From: Octopus sinensis
Lineage: Eukaryota
Assembly (NCBI RefSeq): GCF_006345805.1
Contig: NC_042999.1
Span: forward strand, 100,688,001 to 100,752,000
DNA: 64,000 bases
Direction of reading: 5' to 3'
Positions 1 through 11,894 of the stretch are shown here, in pieces (position 1 is the stretch's first letter; every line of letters begins with the position of its first letter). The notes beneath the pieces were generated by a model. The model saw only the letters and a list, made by a program, of their open reading frames with translations. It had not been told where the DNA came from and made no database searches. A program made the translations under genes and the position numbers.

Positions 1-187
1 TGGCATGTAAAAGTACCCATTACACTCTCGAAGTGGCTGGCATTAGGAAGGACATCCACCTGTAGAAACTCTGCCAGATCAAGATTGAAGCCTGGTGCAG
101 CCATCTGGTTCGCCAGCCCTCAGTCAATCATGCAACCCATGCTAGCATGGAAAGCGGATGTTAAACGACGATGATGATGATGATGTA
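1..187 (+). mobile_element. 3' end (3' UTR plus (GAT)n tail) of an RTE-clade LINE, cut by the window edge
   Basis: Ends CCATGCTAGCATGGAAAGCGGATGTTAAACGACGATGATGATG. The same 3' UTR is contiguous with RTE C-terminal coding sequence at 14118-14660. Confidence 0.8.
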
Positions 188-1145
188 TCTCACACCACCT
201 CATTTTCTTAATTGCCTTATCTATTATACTGCTATCCATTCTGACGGCTGGTACTTCAGTTGATTCAATATTTGAAAGATTCTCCTTCTCCCAATCATTC
301 TCCACATTTAACAACCTTTCATAATGGCATCTCCATGCATCTTTCTTCTCTGAATCACTAAATGCAAGTACACCACTATCCATTCACACACATTTCTCAT
401 CTACTGCATCTCTATTCTCTCTGATACACTGCTTTATGACCCTGAACACCTCACACCTCACACCTCTGATCTTCACACTGCATAACATTTGGCAAACTTC
501 TTACCTTCTGCTATTCCTTTTGTTATGTAAACCTGTAGCTAGCCTCCCTTCTGGCTCTCTTATATAATGCTTTGCTTCCACCATTTTTCCAGGCCTGTCA
601 CTTTGCTTTTATAGCACTGTTCACCTCCTTGTTTTCCCACCAAGTCACCCTTAGCCTGGCTGGGACTTTGGTCAGTGGCACCCAGTAAATTGTCTCACAG
701 GCACTTCCAGTTATCCTCTAAGCTATATGTCTCTTCCTCCTTCTCCTCTCTATCATCAGAGGCTTCCAGTAGAATGTCTCTAAATTTTTGTTGGTTTGCT
801 GGGTCTTGGAGCTTCCATAATCTTTTCCAATGTGGTTTATGTCTTTGAATCTCTCTAGCCCTAATTCTGAAGTCACTAACTAGTAGCCTATGTTGGGGTG
901 TACACTCTTCACCTGGGAAAGATTTCGCATTTGTGAGCATCTGCCTGTCTCCTTGCCTGATGAGGAGGTAATCAACCTAGCTTATATTCTGTTATATAAC
1001 ACATTCGGATGGCATGCCTTCATCAATAACGTACCTCTACCCAACTACCGAACTCTCACTTCCGACGACTCAGCTCAACAGAACTCGATGTCTAGACTAC
1101 TGACAGCTCCAGCTCACTCTAGTCAATGCTTCCACAACTAGCTAT
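188..1145 (-). mobile_element. Degenerate RTE LINE fragment (end of AP endonuclease and linker)
   Basis: Minus-strand peptides NAKSFPGEECTPQHRLLVSDFRI and KKDAWRCHYERLLNVENDW...IIDKAIKKM are typical of the RTE ORF; stops and frameshifts present. Confidence 0.8.
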
Positions 1146-1349
1146 CACACCCACTATTTATACATATTGGACTAGCCTACTTATCATCTGGGGGTGTCCA
1201 CACAACACCTCCCCCTTTTGAGATTTTTTTTTTTTCTAAACCTGAATTTATCAATTTTATTTCCTTGGTGAGAAACTGGTATATCTTTTTCTCTTAGTAT
1301 TAATTTCCATAATTTCTGTGGGTTTGGCACAGCTTGGCACCAGTGACAT

Positions 1350-1498
1350 CACAACTCATTTCTACAGCTGAGTGAACTGGAGCAATGTGAAAAATAAAGT
1401 GTCTTGTTCAAGAACACAACACACAGACTGGTCCGGGAATTGAACTCATTACCTCGTGATTGTGAGCCTGACACTCTAACCACTGAACCATGCACTTT
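1350..1498 (-). mobile_element. tRNA-derived SINE, 5' portion (type C)
   Basis: Reverse complement has a tRNA-like head (TGGTTCAGTGGTTAG, GAGTTCAATTCC) followed by TTGAACAAGACACTTTATTT; homologous to 53940-54253. Confidence 0.7.
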
Positions 1499-1859
1499 CA
1501 CTCTTTATAGAGCTCCCATAACTTGTAAAAGAAAAAGAGGTTGATATTGGAAGGTTGGAGACCTAATCTGAATGCTTGCAACAGAGAGGACTCTGCTAAA
1601 TGCATCATAAGCCCAGGATGTGGTGTTAAACTGGGCAATGCATTCAGTTTGCTGTCACCATGTTGTGCTCCTGAGCCTGGTATCTTACTCTGCTTGCTCC
1701 AGTGTAAATAAGTGTAACAGGCTCCACTCTTCACAGTGAAGTGTTTAGTGTAGTACAATGGGCAAGCAACTCTTAAAAAGAATAAAAAGAAAAAAAAACA
1801 ATCTCACCTATGCTTGATGGGGATAATGGATGCAAAATAGTAAAGGAAGTAGAAACTAT

Positions 1860-2250
1860 AATGATGATGCTGATAATGGTGGTTGTGTGATGATAGGATG
1901 ATGGTGAATGGTGATAATAATAATAATGAAAACGTTGACGACTATGGCAATGAAAATACTGACAATGATGATGATGATGATGATGATGACGATGATGACG
2001 ATGATGACGACAATGATGGTGGTTGTAGTAATGGTAGCAGCAGTTGGGGAATCAACAGCGGTGGTGGTGGTGGTGGTGGTGGTAGCAGTGGTGGTGATGG
2101 TGGTGGTGGTGGTGGTGGAGATGTTGATGAGGATGATAATGATGATGATGATGTTGATGATCAGTCTAACAACCATTTAAAGCCCCCTTATTAGCCATAG
2201 ACAAGGTTGATGATGACTGGTGGGGAGGCAGTAGTGATGGTAGTGGTTGG
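1860..2250. repeat. Compound trinucleotide repeat (GAT/GAC/GGT/AAT)
   Basis: Direct inspection; explains the poly-D/G/T/V ORFs in the track. Confidence 0.95.
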
Positions 2251-2719
2251 TGATGAGGAGAAATAACTATGAAAAGCAAAACAGAAGAAAGGTAAATAAA
2301 GATGACAAAAAACTCCCATTGGAAAAAAAAAGAAAGAAATTTATCTGAAAAACAAAAACAACAATAAAACTAGCTTAAAATTTCATTATTAAAAGTTTAG
2401 CAACAGAAATAACAACAAAGAGGAAAAAATCCCATTAAACAAGTAAAATCAAATCTTCTCCCATTTTATTTGTTGTCCGTCTTTAAACGATCAAAGATGA
2501 TGCTCACTAATGCTGAACTTTTGATTTACCAAAACATTTATCAGATTAAAAGTCAGTCAATACATAGTTTGATATTATTTTTCTCTCAGTAATGGTTCTG
2601 AACTCATGCATTCTTTTTTTTTTTGTTTTTCTTTTTCAGCAATTTTTCAATGAATTTCTTAATTTCAGTTTTTATTTTATTACTACATTGCTCCATCTAT
2701 TTGCTTAGAGTGCTTATGT

Positions 2720-3055
2720 AGGCATGTGTGAGTGTATGTATGTATTACATACATACATATATGCATGTGTGTATGTGTATGTATGTGTGTGAATGCATGT
2801 ATGTGTGTATGTATGTATATATGTCTATATGTGTGTGTGTGTATGTGTGTATGTATGTATGTGTGTATGTATGTGTGTGTATGTATGCATGTGTGAATGT
2901 GTATGCGTGTATGTATGAATGTATGTATATATGCATGGGTGTGTAAGTATGTATAAATGTATGTGTGTGTATGTATGCATGTGTGAATGAGTGTATATAC
3001 GTATGTATGTATATATGTATGTATGTATATATGCATGTATATATGTATGTATATA
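2720..3055. repeat. Degenerate (TATG)n/(TG)n microsatellite
   Basis: Direct inspection. Confidence 0.95.
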
Positions 3056-3425
3056 TCATCATCATCATCATCATCGTTTAACGTCCGTTTTCCATGCTAG
3101 CATGGGTTGGACGGTTCAACCAGGGTCTGGGAAGCCAGGAGGCTGCACCAGGCTCCAGTCTGATCTGGCAGTGTTTCTACGGCTGGATGCCCTTCCTAAC
3201 GCCAACCACTCCATGAGTGTAGTGGGTGCTTTTTACGTGCGACTGGCACAGGTGCCAAGGAGGCTGGCAGCAGCCACGTTTGGTTGGTGCTTTTAACGTG
3301 CCACCGGCACAGGTAACACAACTACAATTTCCATTTGATATTTATTTTGATGTTGATGTACTTGACTCAATAGGTCTCCTCAAGCGTAGCGGGTCGTTCT
3401 GCAATCCAAGGTACTTTGAATGGGC
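3056..3425 (-). mobile_element. 5'-truncated RTE LINE 3' end
   Basis: (CAT)n-CGTTTAACGTCCGTTTTCCATGCTAGCATGGG...CAATAGGTCTCCTCAAG...GTACTTTGAATGGGCTG; same family as 18766-19115 and 49826-50312. Confidence 0.8.
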
Positions 3426-4289
3426 TGTCTTTCTCCCTTTCTGTGATACTCTGTCCAGTCAACAAATCCTTTTCATTTTGGTGCTTACTAGCATTTTCTG
3501 TTCCTCCACATTCATTACCAAAAGTTTACCTCCACAGGGGCTGCAGGCTTGAGAGGGTTAAGAACTCAATATCGCCAGTCTACAGCATGTTACATGTGAA
3601 CGATACTAAGTGAATGAAGGGGATCCAACCACTGAAATAAATTCAGGTGAATTTGTTCACCCAAATTGCTACTTTCCTCATCACTTTCACCAGTTTGGTT
3701 GTCCAGATCATCCTCATTGCTGGTGTAAGTGTAAACACATCATCCAAAAAATATCATCAGTGATTTCCTCAACTGCAAAGAATCGAGGCCTTGCTCGCTT
3801 ACAAGATGAAGTGCTGTGTTCATCACAGAATCGTTTTCCTTTTGTGTTTTTTTAAATTAAAAACAAAAGTAAACAACAACTACCGGAGACACTTTTCATA
3901 CATCTAATACATATATCTTGCCTTACATTTTGAGCAACACACCCTCTCTTTATGTTGCTACTCAGTTCCTGCCTCTTCTACCATGTGCATATCACTCCAG
4001 CTACTGTCACCCACTTCAATCCGCCTTCTCCATATAGTGTGATGTCTAAGTAACAAAATATTTTCTCATCTTCCATCTTAACACCATTTCCAAGCTATAG
4101 CTCAGCATTCCCTCCACCTCTCTCTGGATGTCATCTTCATCATCACTTAACCTTCACTATTTCATCCTTGCATGGCTCACACGGAACCTGTTCAGATAGG
4201 GATGCCTTTCCTGTTAACAACACTGTATGATGGTGATGCTCATCATTATCATCATTTAACATGCATTATTCCATGCTGGCAAGGGTTAA

Positions 4290-4515
4290 AAAACACCATT
4301 CGATCGTGGACATTTGCCAGCCTCGTCTGACACCTGTGCCAGTGGTACATAAAAAGCATCCACTACACTCTCGGAGTGGTTGGCGTTAGTAAGGGCATCC
4401 AACCATAGAAACATTGCCAGATCAGACTGGGCCTGGTGCAGCCTTCTGGCTTCCCAGACCCCAGTTGAACCATCCAACCCATGCTAGCATGGAAAACGGA
4501 CGCTAAACAATGATG
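4290..4515 (+). mobile_element. 5'-truncated RTE LINE 3' end
   Basis: GGTACATAAAAAGCATCCACTACACTCTCGGAG...CCATGCTAGCATGGAAAACGGACGCTAAACAATGATG. Confidence 0.8.
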
Positions 4516-5024
4516 TATTATGCTTGTGTATCTGTTTGAATGGTTTCTACTGCTGGATGCCCTTCCTAATGCCAACTACTTTACAGCGTGTACTGGGTGC
4601 TTTTATTTTTCTTGTCAATGCAGCTTGCTAGACTAGGACCCCCAAATGGGTCAGGAGAACTTTATGGTGGAATAAAGAGTAGAGAGGGGTAAAGCTATGT
4701 AAGAAAGGGCTGGAGTAGAGCAAGTTATTTGCTGTCGAGGACCAACATAGCTACTCACATTTTAGAATAGAGGTGTCGGTGTAGTTGGAAAGTGATATAA
4801 ATGGGAGAGTCATGACTGAAATACATATTGATCAAAGCTCTGCTTAATCATGGCCAATCTGGAATCTTTAACAATCATTATTTAATGATCTGAACTGATG
4901 TTTATGTGGGTATTAAATTTGTTGATTATAAAATGTTCAGCATCAACAAACATGTTTTAAAGTTGGATTATTTTGTTTCTATAAATATGTATGTATTTAT
5001 GTATGTATGTGTGTATGTATAATG

Positions 5025-5165
5025 AAGGCACATGGCTTAGTGGTTATGGTATTCAGCTAATGATTGTAAGGTCATGAGTTTGATTCCTGGTGGTGTGTTG
5101 TGTCCTTGAGCAAGACACTTCTTTTCACATTGCTCCCAGTCCACTCGCCTGACAAAAATGAGTTG
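5025..5165 (+). mobile_element. tRNA-derived SINE, 5' portion (type C)
   Basis: GGCACATGGCTTAGTGGTTA (A-box-like), GAGTTTGATTCC (B-box-like), TTGAGCAAGACACTT. Confidence 0.7.
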
Positions 5166-5516
5166 TACTTGAATTTTTGATTTGTCCACTTTCCTACTTA
5201 ATAAGACTTTTGATTTTGCTAGATTAACTCTAAGGGCCTTTGATTTTAGACCTTGCTTCCACACCTAAAATTTCTTCTCTAGTTCTGGTAGTTATTCAGC
5301 TATAAGAACTAGATTTTCAGTATAGAGGAGCTCCCAAGGGCAGCCCGACTTAAATTCCACTGTCATTGCCTGGAGGACATTGCGTGGAGGAATACTTGTA
5401 CCCTGAATTCATTACTATACTTGTTGCCAACCCTCACTTTTCCAACAGCATTCCTATACATGGCTTCTACAGCTCTCACCAACCACTCATCCATCCCTAG
5501 TTTCCACACTGAACAC
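5166..5516 (-). mobile_element. RTE LINE reverse-transcriptase fragment (host of a nested insertion)
   Basis: Collinear with the RT relic at 53290-53660 (WELLYT/AD..LIAE...WKQGL.SK.LRV.LAK.KVL). Confidence 0.85.
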
Positions 5517-5830
5517 CATCATCATCATCCTTCTACCAACCTATGGTTGGTTGGAACTCCATTGACAATCCCTTTCCACACTACACTGTCCTGCATTGCT
5601 GTGTTCAGATCTCTAATATCCAGCTCTAATATCAGTCCTGAAATATAGTAGCTGAAAATGTTAGTTTCCTGGAGAAAAAACTTCCAGAGGGATGCCATAT
5701 GAGCAGGGATGAGATAACCTCTTTCTGTGCTCGATGACAGTGGCCGGCAAATTGTACCCATTTCTGCTTTAGTTTGAGGGATATTGGTATCAGATTTCCG
5801 TAGATGTTACTAAGATGTTTCTAGGAACAC
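5517..5830 (-). mobile_element. C-terminal coding end and (GAT)n tail of a second RTE family
   Basis: Minus strand reads KHLSNIYGNLIPISLKLKQKWVQFAGHCHRAQ...DLNTAMQDSVVWKGIV, then GATGATGATG. Confidence 0.8.
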
Positions 5831-7225
5831 TAGATGAGGCATACGCCAATGTAGAAACAGATTACATTCTAGCTGAGATTAACAAAATTGAAAACTTGCA
5901 TACTGCAAAGCATCATACTGCAGTATGGAAATTAATAAACACACTAACTTGAAGAAAATTTAAGCCCTACATCAGGCTTAAAGGTGGTTCCTCTGAGAAG
6001 TGCAAGGCCAACTGTTTGACCACTTTCAGGTAGGTTCTTGGAGAACCATTACAAACTAGCGGTTTTCCACTTCCTCTACACCAAATATCTAATGTATTCA
6101 ACATGGACCTTTTCACATGGGATGAGCTCAAAGTAGTTTTGCTAACAATAAATCTGCAGGACTCGATAACATACCAACATTTCTGTGGAAAGATCCAATA
6201 TTTCATGAAGCTTCACTAGGTTTCTGCAATGACACCTATGCACATCATTTGCCTGCATCAGCTTGGTTGAAAGGTGGAATTGTCCCCCCCCCCACCATAA
6301 AAAACGGTGATCTAACAAGTGCAGCAAATTATAGAGGTGTTACTCTGATCTCAATTGTAGCAAAAGTTTGTAACAAACTTCTGATTAATAGGATTGTACC
6401 TATGCTCGATCCACTTCTTTGTAAGAATCAGAATGGATTTAGAAGGGGCCAGTCAACAACTGTTCAAATCCTCTCCATCGGTCACATACTGGAAGAAATG
6501 AAAAAGTTAAACAAGAGCATCACAATCTGTTTGTTCAACTTTCATAAAGAATTTGATTCCATTAGTAGAGATCTTATGTTTAAAATCCTTGCACTCTATG
6601 GTATTCCTCCCAGGATTGTTGATGCTATCAGAGCATTGCACACAAACACCACTGCCACAGTTATATCTCCTGATGGAAAAACTGATTTCTTTAAAGGTGT
6701 TCTGCAGGGTGACACACTCACTCCTTTCTGGTTCATCATTGTTCTCAACTCTGTTCTACACATTCCCCTAATCAGTATGGAGGTAAAGGGACTCTGTTTG
6801 AAACCCTGCCAGAGCAGTCGGCACAATATTTAACTGATCTTGACTTTGCTGACGATCTTGCCTTGATATCCCATTGTATTAAAGATGCAGAATCATTGTT
6901 ACAAGTACTGGAGAAAGAAGAAAACCAGGTAAACCTTTACTGCAATGAGTGTAAGACAAAGTTTATCACAACCTCCTCCAAGTTAACTGAACTTAAATTG
7001 CTTAATAATATATTGATCAAAAGCGTTGATGATACCAAATATCTTGGATCACACATAGTAGACTCCCAAAAGGACTTTCACATCCACAAAGCTCTTGCTT
7101 GGGATACATGTAACAGACTTGATGAAATCTGGCACTCAAACTTTCCACCCACGTTAACACTGATTGAGATGGTCCTTCTCTATGGATCAGAGACCTGGAC
7201 CTTATTGCCTCTCTAAGAAAACTAG
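5831..7225 (+). mobile_element. RTE LINE reverse-transcriptase domain, pseudogenised, inverted relative to its own 3' end
   Basis: ORFs 6249-6833 and 6863-7216: GDLTSAANYRGVTLISIVAK, QNGFRRGQST, GVLQGDTL.PF.FIIVL, DLDFADDLAL, KYLGS, LLYGSETWTL. Confidence 0.92.
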
Positions 7226-7354
7226 ATTGACCACAAGATAAGGGAGTACAGGAATATAAACATATATATATATGCAACACACAAACACATATATATATAT
7301 ATGTGCCCGCACACACACACACACACACATATATCAAAGTACAAACCCTTTTAA

Positions 7355-7682
7355 GCAGATGCCCCCTGACTAGCTCCCATGCTGATGGCACGTAAAAAGC
7401 GCCATCCGAATGTGGTTAATTCCAGTGCCCCCTGACTGGCTCCCGTGCTGGTGGCACATAAACAGCACATAAAAATCATGTGATCGATGCCAGGATCCTG
7501 TGCCTGTGACATGTAAAAAGCACCCACTACAGTCTTGGAGTGGTTAGCATTAGGAAGGGCATCCAACTGTAGAAACATTGCCAGATCAGACTGGAACCTG
7601 GTGCAGCAGCTGCCGTTCCAGACCACAGTCAAACCTTCCAACCCATGCCAGCATGGAAAACGGATGTTAAACGATGATGATG

Positions 7683-7683
<1 letters not shown>
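7355..7683 (+). mobile_element. 5'-truncated RTE LINE 3' end, tail running into (TA)n
   Basis: Ends CCATGCCAGCATGGAAAACGGATGTTAAACGATGATGATGATATATA. Confidence 0.8.
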
Positions 7684-7777
<94 letters not shown>

Positions 7778-7827
7778 CATATATATATTCATATACATAC
7801 ATATATATGTATATATATGTATATATT

Positions 7828-7877
<50 letters not shown>

Positions 7878-7905
7878 CATATACTTATGTATGTATGTGT
7901 GTGTG
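7684..7905. repeat. (TA)n microsatellite (one of many in the window)
   Basis: Direct inspection. Confidence 0.97.
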
Positions 7906-8424
7906 TAAAAGATTATAACGACTATATTTTCCAACTGATTTTCTTCAAACTGGGAACATACATTACTTATGTTATAGGGATGGTTTTAGACTCTTAAAAT
8001 TTCTCACATAATGAGTAACGGGCACCCTGGGGGGCAGAAAATGCCCATTCATGGGTTATGTGGATAGGGGAGGTAACTCTATCAAGAAATTTCAGAAATT
8101 GATTGTCTCCCTTTGGATTCACGTCTTTGAAAGTTTAAAAAAAATATTTACTTCCAGTTTTCTAGTGTCAGTGACATCTATATCTCTCTATATATATCTC
8201 TCTGTCCATCTCTCTCTATCTATCGCTATCTCTATATCTACCTATCTCTCTGTATCTATCTGTCTGAATCTTATCTATCTATATCTATCTTATTTGTCTA
8301 ACTAGCTAGCTCTCTCTCCCTCTCTCCCTATATCTTACTCTCTTCTGTTTCCACTTTCATTTTTCAGATACTATTGTTTTCATAGTAAGTTATTAATTGC
8401 TATTTACAAACAACAACGGCAAAT

Positions 8425-8700
8425 TACTGGCAGAAAAATGTTCAAAATTATTAATGAAAGTAATTTCATACATGATTTACTGACAGAAGTAACTTCATAA
8501 ATTTCACTTCAATCAGTACACTTTGTGAAATTTGCCTGCAAATTTCTTATTTACTTTTGCAACATTTTTTTTCTGTCGACAGAATTACTGATAAAAGTAA
8601 GTTCATAATTTACTGACAGAAGTAATTTCAAAAATTTCACTTAAATCGTACACTTAGTTATCTTCCCTAAAAATTTCCTGTTTACTTTTGCAATGCTTTT
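8425..8700. repeat. Imperfect ~130-bp tandem repeat upstream of the Helitron fragment
   Basis: TTTACTGACAGAAGTAA(C/T)TTCA...AATTTCACTT...TTTACTTTTGCAA occurs at ~8476 and ~8608. Confidence 0.65.
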
Positions 8701-8918
8701 GTGTTTTTCTTTTGTTAATGGCCTTTTTCTGGTTCCTGTAATACAAGATCTTTGGTTCACTGACAAATTTCACTTCAACCTGTACAATTCATAATTTTCC
8801 TTAAAACTTTCTTATTTTCTTTCTGCTCATTGTATTAAGAAAAATAATTTTCATTACCCAGTTATTTTCATTATTTACTATCTTCTGCACCCATGTATTT
8901 CTGTATATGTATATAAAC

Positions 8919-9540
8919 ATGCCTAGAAGGAAAGTGACAAATTTGTCTACAAAAGAATGGCTCTGTCCAGAGAAAGAGAGACAGTTGCAGAAAGGGAAGC
9001 ATACTAAGAAACAAAGAGACTGCACTAAAATACCAGAGCATCTCAAAGTAATGAACAGAGACTGACAAGGAATAGAATCTCCGTTGCAGCACAAAGAGCA
9101 GTTGCAACAGCTCAGAGAAGCAACTTCTATGAAGCAGCTTTCAATTATGATCCAGCAGTTCAGTATGCAGATGACACTAGAGTTTCCATTGGTTCAATAA
9201 CAACTGGGTACATACATTGTAAAGCAAGGAAGTGGCCTGGAGTGACACCTGCACTATGCTGCAGTTGTGGAAAGGTTAAGCCATTGAAGAAACTATTGTC
9301 ATCAACTGACCAAGATTCTAAGCACTTCCAAAACAAAATTAGACAATACAACTCTGCATTACAGATGACACCATTTGGAGCCACAAGCGATTTAAATGAG
9401 CCAGGGTTCATGCAAATTTTCAAGATCCAAGGTCAGATTTATCATTAGATTGGCTCTTTACTACCTCTGTCAAATGAATCACCAAAATTGGCCTTTCATT
9501 GTTTACAATATGTACCTATTTTTTGGTGACGAAATAAGCT
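8919..9540 (+). mobile_element. Helitron Rep/helicase N-terminal fragment (pseudogenised)
   Basis: AFNYDP..Y, CCSCGKV, SKHFQNKIRQYNSALQMTPFGA, GFMQIFKIQGQIYH*IGSLLP: the conserved Helitron N-terminal blocks. Confidence 0.88.
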
Positions 9541-9574
9541 ACCCAAAACATGTCATTGAATTAGGTATATTTAT

Positions 9575-9945
9575 GTTGCGTCCCCAAAGTCAATCCCCTC
9601 CTCACCATGGTGGGGATGCTGGCAACGGGTTGTATCAGAGCTATGCCGTCGGGAACTTCGGTTCCTGGTAGGGCCACCCATGGGGGATTGGTCTGATACC
9701 GAGTGGTATTAGGGCCACAACCTGGCAGACGGGCTCTGGTGAAAATCCTCGGAGTGTCTGCTTCAGCAACCGGAGGCTACTTGGTTGTTCTGTCCCTGTG
9801 TCTGTGGACAATCTGTGGCAAACAGGATGTCTCTACATGCGGGATTTTCGGGGACCGCTTGTGAAATCCACATATTCTCACGAAACTTCTTCCATGGTAG
9901 AAGAAGCCAACTCAACCTGCCCACGGTGAATGTCGCCACAAGTAT
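9575..9945 (+). mobile_element. GC-rich 5' UTR-like segment of an RTE-type LINE
   Basis: CCTCACCATGGTGGGG...GAGCTATGCC...CCTGGTAGGGCCACCCA...GGTC resembles, from memory, RTE/BovB-type 5' UTRs; no ORF follows. Confidence 0.45.
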
Positions 9946-10179
9946 AAGTAAGTAAATATATTTATGTTATATATATATGAGTTGAAAGCTTTCTTTTAAC
10001 ATTTCACTTAATGTCTATGTTCCATGCTGGCATGGGTTTGAAAGTTATTAATTTAGAAAGTTGGTATCTCAGCTACTAGCAGTTGAGACCTGCGTAATCT
10101 AGATGGTGTTTTTAAATTTCAATATTCTCTTTAACCCGAGCAATGCTAGGTATTTATATATATATTTATATACACACAC

Positions 10180-10372
10180 ACGATTTTTTTTCCTCTGTCT
10201 TCCCTTCTCGGGATCTTTCCTTCTCCTATGTTTCTGACGAAGAGCTCCGCTCGAAATGTTAAACCCTCCTTCTTCCCTTCTTCCCTGAGCGTCCAATAAT
10301 ACTTTATTTGTTCCACGTCCTCGCGTTGCTGTGTTTTTTTTGCTTTTTTGTGTTTTCTTGTTTGGATTAACT
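10180..10372 (+). mobile_element. Short non-coding HHR-bearing element (Penelope pLTR-like), flanked by CA/TA repeats
   Basis: Second copy at ~51925-52110 (shared CTATGTTTCTGACGAA.AGCTC.GCTCGAAA..TTAAA.CCTCCTTCT...TCCAATAA); ends TTTGGA.TAAC.ATATATAT in both. Confidence 0.7.
10230..10264 (+). ncRNA. Minimal type-I hammerhead ribozyme motif (one CpG-type substitution)
   Basis: GTTT-CTGACGA-A-GAGC/TCC/GCTC-GAAA-TG-TT-AAAC: 4-bp helix I, 4-bp helix II; helix III ancestrally ACGT (inferred from the paralog). Confidence 0.72.
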
Positions 10373-10723
10373 ATATATATGTATATATATATACAAGATA
10401 GATGTTACTGTCCTATTTTCTGTAACATCATTTATATATTTTTATAACCTAAAGCCATACTAACTGAACAGATGGAATATTACATTTACAATGCAAAGAA
10501 ACTATTGCAGCATTACTTTTGACTTTTTTCATATAATTTAAATCATCATATTAAAATTTCCTCAGATGTCACGTTTGCTAAGTTTTGACATAAGTGTCAA
10601 TCGCTTCAACATTTTACGTATGCATTTTATGTCTACATTAATTTTTGTTTCCAATGTTTTTTCATCAATTCAAATGCATTCAGATTTCATGTGAAACATA
10701 CACACATATGCTTGTGCATTTCA

Positions 10724-10770
<47 letters not shown>

Positions 10771-10829
10771 GTATATATATATATATACATATGTATAGAA
10801 ACATATGTAGATAGATAGATATAATATAT

Positions 10830-10876
<47 letters not shown>

Positions 10877-11151
10877 AATGTCTGTTTAGCCATTATCCTT
10901 TTCCAGTATCATGATGGAAAGAAATACAAAGAACAACATAAACACAAAGAAAAGAAAGAAACAAATAAAATAATAAAATGGAAAATGGCAAACTACACAA
11001 ATGCCAAACTCAAGTAGAAATCTAGCAAATGTAACAAAGAAAAAAATATATTAAAAAAGGTGAAAAGGATTAAAATAATGATTAAAATTGTTAAATTAAA
11101 AGTCAAACTATGCAAAATCGAAGAATTTGATATCTTGCACTAAAATTCTTG

Positions 11152-11371
11152 TACAAGGCAGTGCTGAAAAGTTCTTGGCCTTGGGTAAAAGAAAATACAG
11201 GATGATCAGTTAATTATGATTTTATTCAACATATTCTCCTATCAGATTCACATACATATTGCAGCAGTCCTTCAGTTTTTCTAAGCTCTGTAAAAGCATT
11301 CAGAAGGTTGGGCCACCAACCAGACCTTTCGCAATGCCTTTAAAGCCAGGAACTTTGCAGCACCCCTTCAT
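11152..11371. mobile_element. Mariner-type MITE
   Basis: Imperfect TIRs TACAAGGCAGTGCTGAAAAGTTCTTGGC / GCCAGGAACTTTGCAGCACCCCTTCAT; partial copy at 45378-45502. Confidence 0.7.
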
Positions 11372-11894
11372 CAATGATTGAGAAAGGAAACTGAATGAGA
11401 CTGCAAGTTTCTCTGTGTGTGTGTGTGCACGCGTGTGTGAGTGTTTTTTTGTTTTTGCATGTGTGTGTGTGTGCATGCGTGAGTGTGTTTTTGTTTGTGT
11501 GTGTGTGTAATGTTTGAATGCATGAATGACAAGTTGGATTGAAAGAAAACCTGGGTATACCCATACTTCCTAGCATACACAACAACATAATATATAGTGT
11601 AAGCATGCAGTGTAAACATTCAAACATTATCACTATCTTTCCAAATCCTGTTGCACTTCACATGGAATTTTTGGTCCTCCAAAATGATCTTAATGTGCAA
11701 GTTAACTTACTTTTTTGGACTGTGATGTTTGGTTTAAAATATTTGACTTGTATGCTTAGGACTTCCGACTGAGTTTTTTCCTTGGCTCTATGTGTGGTAA
11801 AACCTGTGTAACCACTAATTTAGTATAGCTCCAGCTTCATCAACCAAGAGCATGAAGCAGTAAGCAACAGCAGCAGTAAGCAACCAGAAAATAA

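Noticed and set aside
3560-3830. Acidic segment resembling a piggyBac transposase N-terminus (minus strand), near AGAGGGTTAA
   Set aside because: Low-complexity similarity only; no DDD-domain motifs, and the terminus orientation does not fit.
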